DNA from: Anaeramoeba ignava BMAN
Taxonomy: Eukaryota; Protista; Anaeramoebae
NCBI GenBank assembly: GCA_028826165.1
Contig: JAPDFW010000142.1
Location: forward strand, 1 to 64,000
Length of the DNA stretch: 64,000 nucleotides
Direction of reading: 5' to 3'
Every line of letters begins with the position of its first letter. Within the stretch, counting starts at the first letter, position 1. Made by a program: the position numbers and the translations under genes. Under the pieces are notes generated by a model. That model saw only the letters and a program-made list of their open reading frames with translations. It had not been told where the DNA came from and searched no databases. Shown in pieces: positions 59,553 through 64,000 of this stretch.

Positions 59553-60521
59553 TAAAAATGAAAAAAAATGAAAAAAATGAAAAAAATAAAAATTAAATTG
59601 AATAATAATTTATTTATAAATTAATTTAAAATTATTAATAAATAATGAAAATATGTTTAAAATTGTAAATTTATTAATTAGAAATTATTATTTTATTTAT
59701 TAAAATATTTTATTAAATTTATTTAAAAATTTATAATTAAATTGAATAATAATTTATTTTGGAATTAATTTTAAATTATTAATAAATAATGGAAATATGT
59801 TTAAAATTGTAAATTTATTAATTAGAAATAATTATTTTATTTATTAAATTATTTTATTAAATTTATTTAAAAATTTATAATTAAATTGAATAATAATTTA
59901 TTTACAAATTAATTTTAAATTATTAATAAATAATGAAAATAAGTTTAAAATTGTAAATTTATTAATTAGAAATTATTATTTTATTTATTAAAAAAATATT
60001 TTATTAAATTTATTTAAAAATTTATAATTAGATTGAATAATAATTTATTTCTAAATTAATTTTAAATTATTAATAAATAATGAAAATATGTTTAAAATTG
60101 TAAATTTATTAATTAGAAATTATTATTTTATTTATTAAATTATTTTATTAAATTTATTTAAAAATTTATAATTAAATTGAATAATAATTTATTTATAAAT
60201 TAATTTAAAATTATTAATAAATAATGAAAATAAGTTTAAAATTGTAAATTTATTAATTAGAAATTATTATTTTATTTATTAAAATATTTTATTAAATTTA
60301 TTTAAAAATTTATAATTAGATTGAATAATAATTTATTTCTAAATTAATTTTAAATTATTAATAAATAATGAAAATATGTTTAAAATTGTAAATTTATTAA
60401 TTAGAAATAATTATTTTATTTATTAAAATATTTTATTAAATTTATTTAAAAAATTATAATTAAATTGAATAATAATTTATTTTGGAATTAATTTTAAATT
60501 ATTAATAAATAATGAAAATAA

Positions 60522-63260
60522 GGTAAAATTTTCGGCGATCCCAATTGGGAATGCCTCCCAATTTGGGATGATCTCCTAATAAGAAGAAATATTATTGTTT
60601 TTTCTTTTGTATTTTTATTTGATCCCAAAAGATCCCAAATTTAATTTTTTTAAAAAAATTTTTTTTTTTTCTGAAAAATCTTAATTGGTCTTTAAATAGA
60701 ATGAATTGAAAAAAAAATAACTTTGATAAAATATTTTTTAATAGTTAACGAATAGAGTCCGTTAATAATGCAAAAATCCATTTAAAAAATCTTACGTTCG
60801 AGTGATGCCTCTTTCATTTTTTTTTTTACCATTTTATTAAATTAAATTTTTTTCTTTAATTTTTGCAATGAATTATAATGGATTTGTTTGGTGGTCTAAA
60901 AATAAAACTGAAAAAGGTACCAATTATTACGCATGTTCCAGAAAAGGATGCCCTGCTACTCTAACCGTTACGATAGATTTACAATATAGAGAGAGGGAAA
61001 CATTCTACAGAATGCCTTGCAGAAAAAATGAAAAAGCAAAAGCAAAACTTACTGAATGAATTTCAAGAAGAAATTTTGAAACAAACACTGAACTTTTATA
61101 AAACACCTTCTCAAATATATCTGGAAGTAAAAGAAAAAATGATAAAAAAATCAGAAGATACAAATCTGCCCATATCTTTTCCATCACAAAACTCAATTAT
61201 TAATCAAATTTCTAAAGAAAGAAAATTACATTTCCCTTATGATCTAATCTTTATGTTAACAGAACCCCTTTTTCCTTAACAGATGATGGTTTGATTTTTG
61301 GAGAGGATCCAATTCCATAATGATAGGAAATAAAAAGGAATCATTTATTATTTGGACAACTGATAAATTGTCAGGTTTGTTATTACAAAATTCCCAATCT
61401 TTTTGATGGGACCTTTTTTAATTGCTCCCAAACCCTTCAAACAATTACTTGTGATAATGGGATTTGATTCAGAAACTGAAACTTATTATCCTTGTATATA
61501 TGCTCTTTTGACTGGGAAGCAAATGGAGTTATATGTTCAATGTTTCGAATACATTAAAAATACACTTCTTCAAAACAAATGGAATCCGAAATTCATTACT
61601 TGTGATTTCGAGAGAAGCTTGTTAACTGCTATTTGTAAAGTATTCCCCACTTCCAAATTAGTGGGGTGTTACTTCCATTTTAAACAAGCGCTTCAACGAT
61701 GGTGCACAAAAAGAGGGCTAATGAATGAAAGTATGAAATCTTCCACTGGAAGTTTGCTGCTAGAAATTGAGGTTCTCACACTAATTGAACCGAATCTGAT
61801 AATACCAACAATCAAAACATTGGAATCCAAATACCCAAACCAAAGCTTGTTTTGGAACTATTTTAAACATACTTGGTTATCCATTTTCCCTCCCAATTTA
61901 TGGAATATTCATTTCTTTAAAGGAATTGTACAGCGTACTAATAATGTAATAGAGAGAAATAATCGTTCGCTGAATAATTTAGTTAACCATCAAAAGCCAC
62001 TTTTAATGGAATTTCTACAAGTTATCAAAGAGGAAGATAATAAATGGAGAAAAAAATTAGATGAGAATCGGGATTCTCGCAGTCAAAAACAACTAAATAT
62101 TTATCCATTAGATCCAAACTCTCTCACATATCAATGGTTAGAAAAAGTGGATCTAAAATTGGAATTTGAGTACATGTTAGAAGAAAAAAATTTATTAACT
62201 GGAAACCAAATTTTAAATTTAATTCAAAAAAATCAACAAACGATACAGATTATGAGTCCAAAAGAAAAGCATGTCCTTACTCAATCTATTGTAACCTTCG
62301 AAATTTAATTTCTACTCTTTTTTTCTCATCCATTATTTTATCTTTTTTTAGGATTCAAATGAATCAACAAACACCGAAAAGGTCAAAATTGAGAAAGAAT
62401 CAAATTCAAATTCTAATACTAACATTTTGGATATCCACAATGATTCATCTTTGAAACTGATTCCAAGCTTAAAGGAGAAATTAATCAGCCCAAAAATTGA
62501 ATCCAATTCTCTTCCTTTCCAATCGAAAATGAAGTAACAAAAACTTTTCAACTAAAAAAAAACCTGACAATAATTGTTTTTTTTACATTTATTCTAGTTA
62601 TTTCCTACAGAAGGATGCAAGCAAACAATTAAATATTAATATCCCTTCAACAAAAAAAAGAAAAGATTGTGGAAATGAAAAATTCGATATTATATTACAA
62701 AGCACGCAAAAATGGGGAAAAATTCTTTAATGATTCCCAGAAAGTCGATAAAATAGATTGGGAGAAGATAGTGAATACTGATTCAATTTTTGATTTGAGG
62801 TAGGGAAGAAGATTTATCAAGAGATGCAAAGAAGACAAATCAAAAACATTTCATATTTGCTAAAAAAACATGAATTAATTAAAAATTTAGGACTTATTTA
62901 AATCAATAATTTAAAGTTACAATTTATCTAAAATTCTATCTTTTGATTCTATCAAAAAGGAGTTTGAATCATTTCAATAATTCAGAAAATTTTTTTTCAT
63001 AATTTTGATTTTTTTTGGGAGAAGATCCAAATTTCTCTTCCCCACATTTTCGATTAATTTTAATTTTTGATCCCAAAAAATTTTTCATTTTTGGGAGAAG
63101 AATTTTGATTTTTTCTAACAAATTAATCAATAAAATCAAAAAGAAAAATAATTTGGGATTTATTTTGGGTTTTTTATTTTTTCAAAAATTCAATAAGCTT
63201 AACCCCCAAATCAAAACTTTTTGGGATGATCTCCCAATTGGGAGTGCCGAAAATTTTACC
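60522..63260 (+). mobile_element. Mutator-like (MULE) DNA transposon, 2739 bp, 29-bp TIRs, 8-bp TSD GAAAATAA
   Basis: Left TIR GGTAAAATTTTCGGCGATCCCAATTGGGA (60522-60550) versus reverse complement of the right end GGTAAAATTTTCGGCACTCCCAATTGGGA (63232-63260). GAAAATAA at 60514-60521 and 63261-63268; the empty satellite site reads ATGAAAATAAGTTT. Confidence 0.93.
60868..62308 (+). pseudogene. Frameshifted MULE transposase (FLYWCH/WRKY-like N-terminus + DDE domain)
   Basis: Pieces in different frames: YNGFVWW...YYACSRKGCPATL; D-G-T-F at ~61405 shifted by one T relative to LIAPKPFKQL; YPCIYALL, ITCDFERSL...VFP...GCYFHFKQAL, FWNYFKHTWL, RTNNVIERNNRSLN. Possible further spliced 3' exons after 62290. 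Confidence 0.82.
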
Positions 63261-63566
63261 GAAAATAAGTTTAAAATTGTAAATTTATTAATTAGAAATT
63301 ATTATTTTATTTATTAAATTATTTTATTAAATTTATTTAAAAATTTATAATTAGATTGAATAATAATTTATTTCTAAATTAATTTTAAATTATTAATAAA
63401 TAATGAATTAAACATTGGATGATTTGGAAAAATTAATTTTATTTATTAAAATTTGATCAATTTTTTTTGCTTTTTTTTTTGTTCACTTAAAGAAAAAAAA
63501 TTATTTATTTCCAATTTTTCATTTTTCATTTTTATCTTTATTGGTTTTTTTTTTGAATTTTTTATA

Positions 63567-63932
63567 ATGAATATCAAAGTTTTGTTTTTACTTGTTCTTT
63601 TAGGGATTGTTGCATCTCAATCAATGGATTCAACAGTATCAGCATTAGCTTTATTTTATAGTGATGAATATTGCACTCAACAAATTGGTTCAGCTGAATT
63701 ACCTGCAGGAAGTTGTGTTATTCTTAGTGGTGCACAATCAACTGGTGCTGCTATGAAAACAAATGTTACAACTACCATTAATTATTATTCAGATACTACT
63801 GATTGTACTGGTAATTCAATTGTTTTGGATTCGACTGCTAATGTATGCTATTATAATGGAAGTGGATCTGGTTTTATTGCTGTTCAAATTGGTGTTATTG
63901 CTCTTCTTCTAATTTCATTTTTCCTCTTTTAA
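63567..63932 (+). CDS. Small secreted, probably GPI- or C-terminally anchored Cys-containing surface protein (121 aa)
   Basis: TCATTTT elements at ~63519-63530 precede ATG 63567. Signal peptide MNIKVLFLLVLLGIVAS, two YSDxx(x)C motifs, small-residue stretch NGSGSG, then hydrophobic tail FIAVQIGVIALLLISFFLF. Confidence 0.78.
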   Translation: MNIKVLFLLVLLGIVASQSMDSTVSALALFYSDEYCTQQIGSAELPAGSCVILSGAQSTGAAMKTNVTTTINYYSDTTDCTGNSIVLDSTANVCYYNGSGSGFIAVQIGVIALLLISFFLF

Positions 63933-64000
63933 TTTCAAACAATTTCTTTTTCTTTTTCTTTTTTTTCTTTTTTTTTTTCTTTTTCTTCCTTTCAAAAAAA

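Larger units (their letters stand above)
59590..63410. repeat. 144-bp tandem satellite (about 7.5 copies) split by the transposon
   Basis: ATTGAATAAT anchor at 59597, 59741, 59885, 60032, 60176, 60320, 60464 and 63355. The last spacing equals 144 after removing the 2739-bp element and 8-bp TSD. Confidence 0.93.

Noticed and set aside
59590-60521. CRISPR-like appearance of regularly spaced repeats (also 3850-4900)
   Set aside because: The whole unit is repeated with no unique spacers, there are no cas genes, and the context is eukaryotic.
1-64000. Alternative genetic code (TAG or TAA reassignment)
   Set aside because: Only one in-frame TAG was seen (12270) and it is explicable by homopolymer indels. 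Long conserved ORFs contain no internal stops and genes end normally in TAA/TGA/TAG.
1-64000. Inteins/Hint domains, tRNA or rRNA genes, telomeric repeats
   Set aside because: No intein-sized insertions or motifs were seen in the conserved proteins, no structured GC-rich RNA-like segment was recognised, and no G-rich telomeric array is present. Small ncRNAs cannot be excluded by eye.

Overview
Extremely AT-rich, gene-dense eukaryotic (protist) nuclear DNA with GT-AG spliceosomal introns. The NQ/NE low-complexity proteins, RCC1+BTB and TLDc families and bacterial-type metabolic genes resemble an anaerobic metamonad such as Anaeramoeba (inference, not verified). I reconstruct about 19 host protein genes: BEACH-WD40 (5' partial), an MLKL-NTD/EF-hand/U-box/TPR/TLDc protein, two RCC1+BTB paralogs, IQ-RhoGEF-PH-Kelch, a 66-aa-repeat coiled coil, a USP deubiquitinase, BTB-TLDc, bacterial-type citrate lyase alpha (citF), VPS33, REEP/Yop1/HVA22, POP5, a D-glutamate cyclase-like protein, NT-C2+Dilute, LIS1, MAN1/Src1-like, an IQGAP-like RasGAP, a small coiled coil, GET3 and a small surface protein. 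There is also a complete Mutator-like DNA transposon (TIRs plus 8-bp TSD) inserted in a 144-bp satellite. Most short ORFs in the supplied track are microsatellite artefacts. Main highlights: (1) an 11-exon REEP gene absent from the ORF track that needs consecutive micro-exons of 3, 3, 4 and 13 nt; (2) a candidate Ca2+/ubiquitin-linked MLKL-like membrane-disrupting protein; (3) introns inflated to 1-2.5 kb by strand-polarised microsatellites, many with A-rich AAG acceptors; (4) a TCATTTT initiator-like element before almost every gene; (5) a lone citF, probably laterally acquired. All gene models were built by eye and need RNA-seq confirmation.
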